A stretch of 63,674 nt of DNA, filler included, from Stramenopiles sp. TOSAG23-2 (GCA_900128395.1; 13 parts of 13 records of this genome joined end to end with filler, not necessarily neighbours in it), one strand, 5' to 3'; positions 1 through 10,516 are shown, counted from the first letter of the whole stretch. A program made the numbers and translations. The notes: generated from the letters alone by a model not told the origin.

Positions 1-170
1 CGCGAAAAATGAAAAAAGTTGAAAAATTTAATAATGGCGATTTCAACCTATCAAATGGCACGTAATTTGTACTTGATTGGGAAATTAGATTATTAAAAAA
101 TATCAAAAAGAAATTATTATCTTATATAGGATATTGTAGTTGGTAGTATATAAATATATATATATATTAA

Positions 171-2283
171 TTATTGTGTGAATATCCACATCCCTACCAC
201 TTGTTGATACCCGTTTGATCCATCTCTTTTATATTGTTGTATAGCATTTAATTGTGATTTCATTTTATCACTAAGTTGATTATTACCTAGTTCCAACCAA
301 TATAATGTATTGTTTGTTTTTAATACATCAATAATACTTTGTATTCCACTATCATCAGTAATATTATTATTATGTAGGTACAATAACGTTAATGTACTGT
401 TTGTTTTTAATCCTTCACCAATACTTTGTACATCAGTAATATGATTATTATATAGGTGCAATGTCGTTAATGTATTGTTTGTTTTTAATCCATCACCAAT
501 ACTTTGTACATCAGTAATATGATTATTATATAGGTGCAATGTCGTTAATGTATTGTTTGTTTTTAATCCATCTGTTTGTTTTTAACAATTCACCAATAGC
601 TAATGCATCCTCATCCGTGAGATTCTTTTTGCTTAAATTCACTTCCGTCTTCCCATCAAATTCTTTCTTCCATTTCGTATACGCAGCACTATTAATAACA
701 CTATTATCATTGCTATTATTATTATTATTATTATCGAGCGCACTTGCCTCCTCTCTTTTCTTTACTAATTTCTTTTCATGTGGTGGGGGCGGGCCGGGTG
801 GTACCTTTTTTCTATCAGCTAATTTCTTTCCACGTGGTGATGGATTATTGATATTTGATTTATTTATAGTTGGTCGTTTTGCTACATGTTCTTCACATTC
901 AGCAACAATTGCACTAAAGTCAGGTCGTTTATCTGGATTTTGATCCCAACATTTACACATTAAATTGTATAAAAATGCCCCATATTTATCTGTAATATGT
1001 TGTCTTATGAAATCAGATTTATTGCTTGTAGGTCGTTTGTTTCGAAGAACTGCACTGATGATTTTGCCAGGACTCATACCTTCCCATGGTACCTCACATG
1101 TCATTATTTCATACAATAAAATACCAAATGAATATACATCACATTTTTCCATAAATGGTTTATCATCATGCAATTCAGGTGCCATAAATCCAACCGTACC
1201 GGCCATTGACCCACCTTTTGAATGTTGTGTTGTATGCGTTACTAATGATTGTGCTTTTGAAATACCAAAATCACTTACTTTAGCCATTAAGATTGTAGAA
1301 CCATTACTATTATTATTATTACTTGAAACTAATAATATATTGGATGATTTTAAATCACGATGTTGAATATTATGTCTACCATATAATAATTTCATACCAT
1401 AGGCAATATCAAGTACAAAACGTTCCACTTCTTCTTTATCAAGTTCTTCTTCACGTGTATTTAAATATTTACGTAAACTTCCATGTTCCGCATACTCCAT
1501 AATTAATATTAATTTATCTTTCATGGTCGTGATAGCACCATTGACACATATGATTCCACGTGGTGCTGTACTAACTTGACACATTAATGCTAATTCACGA
1601 TTAAAATCTTTATATATTTTAGTTTGCTCCGGTATTGTAGCTTGGCTTAAATCAGCAATTTTAGCCGCACATTCAAGTCCTTGGTATTTTACTTTAAATA
1701 CTTCAGCTTGACCACCTTTACCAAGTTTATATTGATACTTTAAAAAATCAACATCGTTTTGTTTAATTTCATTTGATGCTGTTATATGATTAATAGCAAC
1801 TCTGGCTATTTTTTTATTTTCTGATTTTTCAATACGATGTTCTAATTTATCTAAACGTTCTTCAATTAATGGTATAGCATCCAATTTTTTATTTAATGCA
1901 TTGATTTGTTGAATGGTATTTTGATTTAAACCAATATGAATTAATGTCATTGCATCACGTAATTTTTCATTTAATTTTTTATATTTTGTTAAAAATGTTT
2001 TTGCAGTAAGAAATTTCGTTAAACCCCATTTTCCTTTATATTTATTTATGTGTTCATACAGTTCGTTCATGATTAGATTTAAATCATTTAATCCCTTTGT
2101 TTGTTCACGTGTAGGAATACTACCCTTTTGTTTCTCGTATTCATGTTTACATAATAATAATTGTTGTTGATATATCATTAATTGTTCTGATATTTTTAAA
2201 CATAAATCTTTATTTTCTTTCATTTGTTTTAATTGATCATATGTTTTTTTCGCAGCAGTTAATATGTTTGTAATCGTATCCAT
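171..2283 (-). CDS. MLKL-like N-terminal four-helix bundle + TKL-type Ser/Thr kinase + C-terminal RI-like leucine-rich repeats; one gene split by a frameshift at ~572
   Basis: ATG at 2283 (MDTITNILTAAKK...KFLTAK...KKLNEKLRD) resembles the MLKL N-terminal domain. Kinase motifs GKGGQAEV, AAK, HRDLKSSN, DFG, APE and DVYSFG are present. The LRR starts at VNLSKKNLTDEDALAIGELLKTN and continues in the 171..539 ORF frame (LHLYNNHITDVQSIGDGLKTNNTLTT). Confidence 0.85.
415..572. repeat. Two identical 78-nt (26-aa) LRR-coding units, with diverged copies toward position 300
   Basis: 421-498 is repeated at 499-572 (atactttgtacatcagtaatatgattattatataggtgcaatgtcgttaatg...). Confidence 0.9.
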
Positions 2284-3363
2284 GGTCTTATAAGCTATAT
2301 ATTTCCTCGCTCTCAAAACTAATAATAAAATTATATAATCAAAAATGAAAATTAACACAAAACAAACAAAACAACAACGTTTTTCAAAATATTAAAAAAA
2401 AAAAGAGTACGAATCGTAACAAAAGATGAATTCTATTCAAATTATTGCAAAAGTATAAAATATACAAGTACAATTAGAACAATAAATGATATATACACAT
2501 TTAATGCTTACTATGTACACCGATCGATCGATGTATGTATGTGTGTGTAGATATGTGTAGATATATATTTTATGAAATGTCTCCTATACTGTGTCCATGT
2601 TAATTGAATTAATGTCGGAGGGATATTTAATTTATATTCGACAAACACAAAATAAATAGATAGAAATGTGTACTCAAATGTATACCGGTGTATTGAAAAG
2701 ACTATTTTCGATAAGATGCATTTATACATACATTTACCCTTAACACATCTAATTATGGTACGAACTAAAGGACATTAGATCATATAATTAATTAACTAAC
2801 TAAAATATATATGAAGATTACATCACAGCAAAGATAAGGTAATTGGTTTATTTATGTATTTTTTTCCCTAATTGTCCCATAAATTGGAATAGTTCTCTAT
2901 AAAATATGAAAAAGTAACGAACCTCTAACTTATACGCCATCGTACTTGTAGGTCAAAAGTATATACTAAAAAATATGGATATTCCTATATATAAAAAACT
3001 CAACAAATTTTTTCGAGATTTCGATTTTGATCTTGATATTCTTGATTTGTTGTGTGGCTTTACGCTTTACGCTTTACATAGCATCAGAAATAATATAATA
3101 CCATTTAATCCATTATAAAGCATGATGGGTGTGAAAATTGGAAAAAATGTGGAAAATAAAATACATCACGGATTGTCACCTCTGGAGGCTATAAGATGTA
3201 TTTCATATGACCAATAATTTATATTAAAAATGGATAATTAGAAAATATCAAAAAGTCAAAAAATACTCATCTCTCTAAGCACAGTTCATGATATTATTAT
3301 TTGATAAATGATGAGAAATATTTGATGAATAATTTGAAATTCATCGTTTTCTATACGATAATC

Positions 3364-3560
3364 GAAGGTGAAATCTGGATATGGAAATCCACCAACAAAA
3401 ATTAAAAATATAAGATGAAATCAATAGATGAATATAAGACTTATTTCAATGCCTTAAATTACCAATATTACCATTATAGTATAACTATTTTTATATATAT
3501 CCGAACCATTGTTCAATGATCTCAAAAATAACACTATTCACTATTGAAAAAAAGGGAGGA
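3364..3560 (+). repeat. Dispersed non-coding repeat, copy 1 (homologous to 32674..32890)
   Basis: Colinear shared blocks: tgaaatctg..atggaaatcca, ttaaattac.aatatt.ccatt, tatatatccgaa, aaaataacactattca, aaagggagga. Confidence 0.7.
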
Positions 3561-3718
3561 TGCAAATATATAATATATATATATAATATAATAATAATAA
3601 ATACAAAGGCGGAACAAAAGGAAAGATGTAACACAAAGAGTTATTGATAATGTTTAACAACAACAAAAAAAGACTGGATAATTTATTTATTTTGTAGTTC
3701 ATTATACATTTATTAACC

Positions 3719-4330
3719 ATGCCAAAACGTAAACAATTTAGTAACGAGGAGGAGGATAGTAATAATACACCACGACGACGGAAAAGTAGTAGAGGAAATA
3801 ATAATCCAGATGGTGCATTATCGTCACCACCGATAAAAAATGTGACATCTAATAAAAAAAATAATAGTGAAAAGAAAAAAGGATTAGGTATAAAAGGTTT
3901 TGGATGGAAAGAACAAGATGCATGTATTGTTTGTAAACATTTTCGCGCAAAAAAACAATGTATTTATAATAAATGTAGGCGTTGTTGTGGTAAAGATGGG
4001 ACAACACGATGTCCATATCATCATGAAGAATATGAAGAGGAAAGACGTATTATTGAATTAGCAAATAATAATAGAAATAATATTTTATTAAATAATAGTA
4101 AAAATAAAAAGAATAGTGGAAATCAATACATGACAAAACATGCAAAACTGGATATATTTCAACCAATACCACGTGGCATGTTTCATGAAAAATCATTTAA
4201 AAACATTGGCGATACCGCATGTATATTTAATATCAATACAATGTTTATCAATGAAAAAAATGATTGGTTAGAAAATCAAGAACGTAAATATTTACGTAAT
4301 TTGAAATTTAATAATAGGAAATCTAGGTAG
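3719..4330 (+). CDS. Small basic protein with a SHI/STY (DUF702)-like Cys/His zinc finger
   Basis: CIVCKHFRAKKQCIYNKCRRCCGKDGTTRCPYH; basic NLS-like N-terminus (PKRK, RRRK). Confidence 0.65.
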   Translation: MPKRKQFSNEEEDSNNTPRRRKSSRGNNNPDGALSSPPIKNVTSNKKNNSEKKKGLGIKGFGWKEQDACIVCKHFRAKKQCIYNKCRRCCGKDGTTRCPYHHEEYEEERRIIELANNNRNNILLNNSKNKKNSGNQYMTKHAKLDIFQPIPRGMFHEKSFKNIGDTACIFNINTMFINEKNDWLENQERKYLRNLKFNNRKSR

Positions 4331-4504
4331 TTCTTTCGTAAACAAGAAAAGAGTAATCTCCGCGATGATTAGGTGGCGGTTTTTGAGAGAGATGTTTTGC
4401 TGCAATAATTTTAGTTAATCTATACTTAGTCATAGAACAAGGTTAAGAACATCATTTAAAAGTTTTTTATTAAACTCCCTGTGTTTTTGTATTTTTTAAT
4501 TTTT

Positions 4505-5084
4505 TTAATGATTTAAATCACCATTACCTCTTCCTACCCATCTACCATTTTCATCAAAACAATTTGCTTTTCCACCTTTTGAACGTAAAAGTGCAATGAC
4601 CTCTTGGCGAAGTGGACTATCATTATTATGATATGCCCATCGTCTTCTGATTCTGATTCTATACGATTACCATTTGCATCAAATTTATTTGCTTTTCCAC
4701 CTTTTGAACGTAAAAGTGCAATGACCTCTTGGCGAAGTGGACTACGATTATAATGATATGCACAGTCCAGGGGAGTGAACCCCCTGTCCTTCTTATTAAT
4801 GCTATCAAGAGTCATATGAGTTAATAACAATTTATTCAACTCAGTATTCGTTCTATTATACTCTGCTGCATAATGTAATGCATTCTCTCCATACCTATTT
4901 GCAATATTAGGATCAGCTTCACCTTGTTCAATTAAATATTTAACTACTTGGAAATGTTCGACCAATGCAGCTATCATTAAAGGTGTACGTTCCCAACCAT
5001 AACTATTTGTACCGACTTGACTCACCATATCTTTCAATGTCATATCATCTCTGTAGCCATTCACATCACCATTAGTAATATACT
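4505..5084 (-). CDS. Ankyrin-repeat protein, C-terminal fragment (5' end lost at contig edge), with a duplicated out-of-frame C-terminal module
   Basis: TPLMIAA..EHFQVVKYLIEQGEADPN, NALHYAA and TPLDCA ankyrin motifs; the frame is open to the contig edge. Confidence 0.8.
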
Positions 5085-5184
5085 NNNNNNNNNNNNNNNN
5101 NNNNNNNNNNNNNNNNNNNNNNNNNNNNTTAATTAATTAANNNNNNNNNNNNNNNNNNNNNNNNNNNNNNNNNNNNNNNNNNNN
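5085..5184. other. Artificial contig linker (N44-TTAATTAATTAA-N44)
   Basis: Identical 100-bp spacer with stops in all six frames. It recurs at 10262, 15428, 20588, 25745, 30901, 36055, 41198, 46338, 51476, 56607 and 61737. Confidence 0.98.
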
Positions 5185-6925
5185 CTAATAAATCATTTTT
5201 ACCATTATGATCACATTCATCTAATGCATCAATTAAAATAATTTGGCGTTTTGATGTAAATTCATCAGGTCGTTTTATATTTGCTAATGGTGCTCTTAAA
5301 ATTTTATCAAATAGTCCCGTCACATTTAATTCACTTAAACTTGCATTACTTAATCCTAATTCTTCTAATTTCTTACGATATTCTGGTATTTTCTCCGCTA
5401 ATTGATATGCAATAGAACATAATACATGTTTTGGATCACGTTTACGACTATCATCATGTCTACAAAAATGATGTGCAATGACAATTCCCATTCTAGTACG
5501 TACTAACATACTCATAATGCCAGTTTTACCCATACCAGCACCACCAGATAACAGAAATATACGTGAATTTAATTTAATTTCAACCCAATTATCAAAATCA
5601 TCGAAAGCCCATTTTCTTGTACCATTGTGAAAACGTACAACGGCACCATCAATTTCTAAATTGAAATTGAGAGGGTCTAAAATTGTTTTTAATGAGGTGG
5701 TAATTTCTAATTTTTGTAAAATTTGTGTTTGATTTTGTAATGATTGATCAACTTTCCCATCTAATATTTGAATACCTTTCATAATTTCATTAAATTCATG
5801 TTTTAATTCATCTTCTTTTAAATTTAAATGTTGTAATATTTCATTTTTTAAATTAGTATTACTATCATCAAATAACATTTTCAACGCTTCTTCTGATGTA
5901 CCCGAAAATTTATTACGCAAGTTATCATCTTTTTCTAACATTTTTACAATATCTTCTTTTGTATCAATTTGCATCGTAAATTGTGCAATTTTCATAGTTT
6001 CCATCATTTCTCCTTTTATTTCAATTAATGTTTCACGATCTATCTTTGCATTCCACCACGCCATAAATCCTGTACGTTTTTGTGATTCATCAATCGTTTT
6101 TATACCTTTCATTAATGCTGTATTAATTATACGCAATGGTTCAGTTTCTTGAAATAGTTTTAATCCTTTGATAATACTTTTTTCCATTAATTGTACAAAA
6201 TGTAAAAAATCTTGAATTTCAGCACGTAAACGATCTGGTTCTTGACATCGATCATAAATAGCTTTACAAGTTGTTACAAATACTTTTGCAAATGGTATTA
6301 CTTCAGAAATAACTTCAATACCATCTAATACATCGTTTAATAAAGCTTTTGATGTATCATCTAATGTTATGAAAGATGGTGTACGTATTTGATCTTCTTT
6401 TGTTATTGTACCATCTTTTTCTACTTTTTGTATTTCCTCTGTTGTATTATCAACGATAACGTTGGTTATTTCATCTACTGCATCAATGGTAGTTTCGGTA
6501 TAATCTAATGTATTTTCAATTTTATTTTCTTCTTCTTCTTCTTCTTCTTCTTCTTCTTCTTCTTTTACTTGTAGTAATAGATTTTTTGTTTCTTCTTTTG
6601 TTGTTTGTTTAGTTACATTATTGCTCTTTGCTTCCTCTGATAGTACTGTTTCATCTAATTTTGGTATTAATATTAACCTAGAATCACTTCCAGCAACTTC
6701 ACGTACAGTCCGTAAATTTTCTTTTCGTATTGAAAATGGTACTCCTTTATAACGAAAATGATAGTCATTTGGTAAGTTCGGAAAGTCTTTACTTTCTAAT
6801 AATATTTCTTTCCTTGCATCTTTTAATGTAGCATCTTCACATACATCAATAGCTACTATAGCTTCTCCATTGATAACAATAGTTACCGTGAATTGTGGCA
6901 TGATTTTTGTTTGTTTTTTCCCCAT
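5185..6925 (-). CDS. NLR/STAND-type protein: ubiquitin-like N-domain + acidic linker + MLKL-like helical domain + NACHT (NPHP3_N-type) NTPase; 3' truncated
   Basis: Walker A LSGGAGMGKT, HHFCRHDD..RDPKHVLCSIAYQLA and Walker B IILIDALDEC. The N-terminal beta-grasp-like segment is FTVTIVING..IDVCEDATLKDARKEI..YHFRYKGVP. First ATG in frame is at 6925. Confidence 0.85.
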
Positions 6926-7447
6926 AATTGTTGTTGACAATAGTAAAAAAGAAGATGGAAGGTATATATTATGTATCTATGAAACTATTCCTTTTTCAAA
7001 TTACATGCACAAATATTGTTTGTTGATAAACGAAAGGTCATTTATAAATATAGACTTATCAAGTGTAGCTATATAGTTGTACCGTTGTTGATCTATACAA
7101 ATCTGAATGCTGTATAGTATTATACCTGGTATATTATTATACTACCCGCACACTGTGTATAACTGATGGGAATGGAGATACGAAAAAGTCTGGGGGCATA
7201 TAAGTATGTATAAAAGGTAGAGTAAATGATTTTTGCCTATCAAAAGTTTGTAAACAAACTTGAACACAACTTTACTTGAACACCTTCATATAACCTTTTA
7301 AAGAAAAAGATTTAATAAAGACACGGGGTGTGTGAAGTCACGGTTCTTGATAAAAGAAAACACACACATCGCCAAAATACAGTTGTATAATATTTTACAA
7401 CGTAGCTACCATATTAAACACACCACAAAAAAATTATACCCTTCTTT

Positions 7448-9961
7448 TTAATCTTCACCACCACCTCCTCCTTCTTCGCTTTCTTTTTTTTTACGTTTTT
7501 CCTCTGCTATTTTCTTTCTTCTTTCCGATTTTGCTGTCATTTCCTCTGCATATGTTTTAAACGACTTCATATCCTTCCAAGTTTTTATTTTATCGATATC
7601 ACCATATAACTCTGTACGAGATGGCAATCTCTCACCAGTCTCTTCATCAATTAATTCATCTAAATTTGGTGGTGCCATTACTTGTGCAATAATCTCGCCT
7701 TTATCATCCACTAAAAAGCCATTTTCTTTCAATATTTTTTGACGAAACTTGTCATATTCTTCTGGATCATCTACTAATGATTTAGTCGTTTCTTTTAATT
7801 TTTTAATAGCCTTCATCGCTTGTTTTTCAAAGTAATTTTCTCCTTCATTATTGTCATTCTCATCATCGTTATCGTCGTCGTCGTCGTCACTGCTAGTATC
7901 CCCACCTTCGTTTCCACTCATCGTGTCTCCATTATTATTAGTTTGATGTTGTGCATGTTCCTCCTCAGCAATATCATGCATCGCATTTTGGATATCTTTC
8001 ATAGTTTCCTTCATATCTTTTAACATGCCCTGAGTTTCTAAATCAATATCTTCCTCTTCAGCTTCCATTGCTTCAAATAGATGATCTATTTTATTCTTTA
8101 AAAATTTCTCATATTTAGCTTGTATTTCTTCGCAGTCTTTTTCAAATTGTTTATGTGCATCACCCATGTTATTTTCATATTCGCGCTGAATTTCAATGAA
8201 ATTTTTAGCCATTTCTTCATCTCCACCTATAGCCATTTCTGTATATTTTCTCATTACCTCATCCATGTTTTCTCTGATACCACCAAACCGATTTAAATCA
8301 CCATCTGGATCTTTCTCTACTTTTGCATTTTTATATTTTTCTGAATTTAATTCGACCTGCTTCAACTCCTCTTCTCGACGTCCAGTTTGATTTTTTAACA
8401 ACGATAGGCTTTTCACTTGTGAATCCAGTTCTTCTTGTGGTTTAAAAATAGATATTTCTGATGACGGTTTTGAATTTTCAAATATATCAACAGGATCCGT
8501 TCCAACTGTTTTTCTCATATTTAGTTCAAATGCTTCTACTTCTTTTTTTGACATATAACCATGACCTGGCATATCATCACTATTTAAAAAATGCAGTTTG
8601 TCTGCCATCTCTTCTAAATCGTCGTCCAAAACCTTATCCCTTGCTTCCTCATCTGTGACTTCAAATGGATTTATCATATTTTTCAAATCATCTTTTGATT
8701 TCATATTTTCAAATTGTTCATTTAATGTTGCAAACTTCTCTTTTTGTGTCATCTTCTTCTTCTTCTTCGTATTTTCATTTGTTGATGATGGTACATATTC
8801 TAAATTTATTTTTTCCATATATACCATACGTGTAAATTTAGTCTTTGCCATATTCATTGGCAATTCATATCCAATTTCTTTTTTCTTAAATCCTTTGGAT
8901 TCAAATAATTGAATTTTTGAATAACATTCCCAATCAGCCAATACCATGAATTTTTCACAACGTTTACGTGGTAATGGTAAACCAGCTAATAATGCTGGCG
9001 CATAATCCCAATACTTTTGATGGCAAAAACAATCAATCAATACAGTATTTTTATAATTTGGCTCCCATTGCCACATGGCAAATCCAACCAATGCATTTGT
9101 TCTCGTATTTGTCAATACTTGAACTTGGTGTAAATCTCTTTTTTTAATACGTTTTATTTCATTATGAATCAATTCAATAAATGGCAATTCAGGTGATATT
9201 CTACCCATTAAATTTAATGGCGCAGAACGTATAATACCTTTCACATTGCCGGAAAGAAACAAAGGCACGGAAACTGGATAATGCTGCCATCCTAAATATT
9301 CTATGATAATTTCATCATCATTTAATTTCTTATCATTTGTACAAAAAAACTCTTTTTCAAATGCATCCCGCAATTGATTGGAACGTTGAATATCATGTAT
9401 ACCATCTTCACCATAATATTCCATATAGCCACTTTGCATTTCTATTGGATGCCAACCTAATTTCATATAAATTTGATATGCTAAGCTATTAAACCCGGTA
9501 CCTAAATACAGTGCTTTCCACTTGCGTTTTTTAAAATCATCTTTTACACATGACATAATTTCTTTTAAACAACCTCTACGACGATGATCAGGGGATGTCC
9601 AGACATTTCCCACAATACCAACGCCATTTCGTACTAAAACAGTCACCTGTGAAATAGGTTTAACGTCTGGTTCAATATGTATAAAATAGAAAAACCTTTC
9701 ATAAAAACCAACATATTCAAGGGGTTCTAATAACATTGCTTTTAATTGCAAGGTCCAAGGATGTCCCCAAATTTTCGTATAATCATATAAACGTGTGGCC
9801 CATAATACCTCAGCTTCAACATCTGGCTCTGCAAATATATCTTCCTCTTCCTCTGAATCTGGTGGTATATTGAAACGAGCTACCGTCGCGATGTTATTTT
9901 CATTATTATTATTATTATTATTACGACGTAATTCAATTTTTTGTAAAACAACGTATACCAT
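7448..9961 (-). CDS. GNAT-family acetyltransferase domain(s) fused to a long acidic coiled-coil region
   Basis: Acetyl-CoA-binding motif A VGNVWTSPDHRRRGC, then LYLGT..SLAYQIYMKLGW; a second degenerate GNAT-like fold ends KIQLFESKGF; the C-terminal half is E/K/D-rich. Confidence 0.7.
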   Translation of the reverse strand: MVYVVLQKIELRRNNNNNNNENNIATVARFNIPPDSEEEEDIFAEPDVEAEVLWATRLYDYTKIWGHPWTLQLKAMLLEPLEYVGFYERFFYFIHIEPDVKPISQVTVLVRNGVGIVGNVWTSPDHRRRGCLKEIMSCVKDDFKKRKWKALYLGTGFNSLAYQIYMKLGWHPIEMQSGYMEYYGEDGIHDIQRSNQLRDAFEKEFFCTNDKKLNDDEIIIEYLGWQHYPVSVPLFLSGNVKGIIRSAPLNLMGRISPELPFIELIHNEIKRIKKRDLHQVQVLTNTRTNALVGFAMWQWEPNYKNTVLIDCFCHQKYWDYAPALLAGLPLPRKRCEKFMVLADWECYSKIQLFESKGFKKKEIGYELPMNMAKTKFTRMVYMEKINLEYVPSSTNENTKKKKKMTQKEKFATLNEQFENMKSKDDLKNMINPFEVTDEEARDKVLDDDLEEMADKLHFLNSDDMPGHGYMSKKEVEAFELNMRKTVGTDPVDIFENSKPSSEISIFKPQEELDSQVKSLSLLKNQTGRREEELKQVELNSEKYKNAKVEKDPDGDLNRFGGIRENMDEVMRKYTEMAIGGDEEMAKNFIEIQREYENNMGDAHKQFEKDCEEIQAKYEKFLKNKIDHLFEAMEAEEEDIDLETQGMLKDMKETMKDIQNAMHDIAEEEHAQHQTNNNGDTMSGNEGGDTSSDDDDDDNDDENDNNEGENYFEKQAMKAIKKLKETTKSLVDDPEEYDKFRQKILKENGFLVDDKGEIIAQVMAPPNLDELIDEETGERLPSRTELYGDIDKIKTWKDMKSFKTYAEEMTAKSERRKKIAEEKRKKKESEEGGGGGED

Positions 9962-10075
9962 TATTATATTACTGTATATTATTCACAAAATGTATAGTAG
10001 AGGGGGTTAAAAAAATTATTAAAAAAAAGAGTATACAAAAACCAAACCAAATGCAAGCCACTATACAAAATACAC

Positions 10076-10087
<12 letters not shown>

Positions 10088-10117
<30 letters not shown>
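10088..10117. repeat. (AG)n microsatellite
   Basis: agagagag run upstream of the GNAT gene. Confidence 0.9.
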
Positions 10118-10120
<3 letters not shown>

Positions 10121-10261
10121 AAAAGATATAAATATATACATATATGTACATGAACACATCAACAACCTATGTAATCTACACACGTTTGTTCTCTCTCTGA
10201 AAAAGAAGAAAAGAAAAAAAGATATTTTATTTTTTTTTTTTTGTATTTTTTTTTTTTTTTG

Positions 10262-10361
10262 NNNNNNNNNNNNNNNNNNNNNNNNNNNNNNNNNNNNNNN
10301 NNNNNTTAATTAATTAANNNNNNNNNNNNNNNNNNNNNNNNNNNNNNNNNNNNNNNNNNNN
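10262..10361. other. Artificial contig linker
   Basis: N44-TTAATTAATTAA-N44. Confidence 0.98.
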
Positions 10362-10516
10362 GTCTTATTATTATATATATATAAATAAAATTTATGAATG
10401 GTCTTTTCACTCTTTATAATATGATAATTTTTTACAGATAATAAACAACGATTGCTGTTTGTCTTTCATTAATGAATTTTTTTTCTATTCAGTAAAGGTA
10501 ATGAACGAATGTACAT

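Noticed and set aside
5085-5184. Regularly spaced TTAATTAATTAA motif as a CRISPR-like or biological repeat
   Set aside because: It is embedded in N runs with fixed 100-bp length and is a standard six-frame-stop linker.
4534-6925. NACHT fragment followed on the same strand by ankyrin repeats, looking like one NACHT-ANK NLR spanning the gap
   Set aside because: They are separated by an artificial linker between length-sorted contigs, and much of the NACHT and helical region would be missing. The adjacency is coincidental, although membership of the same family is not excluded.
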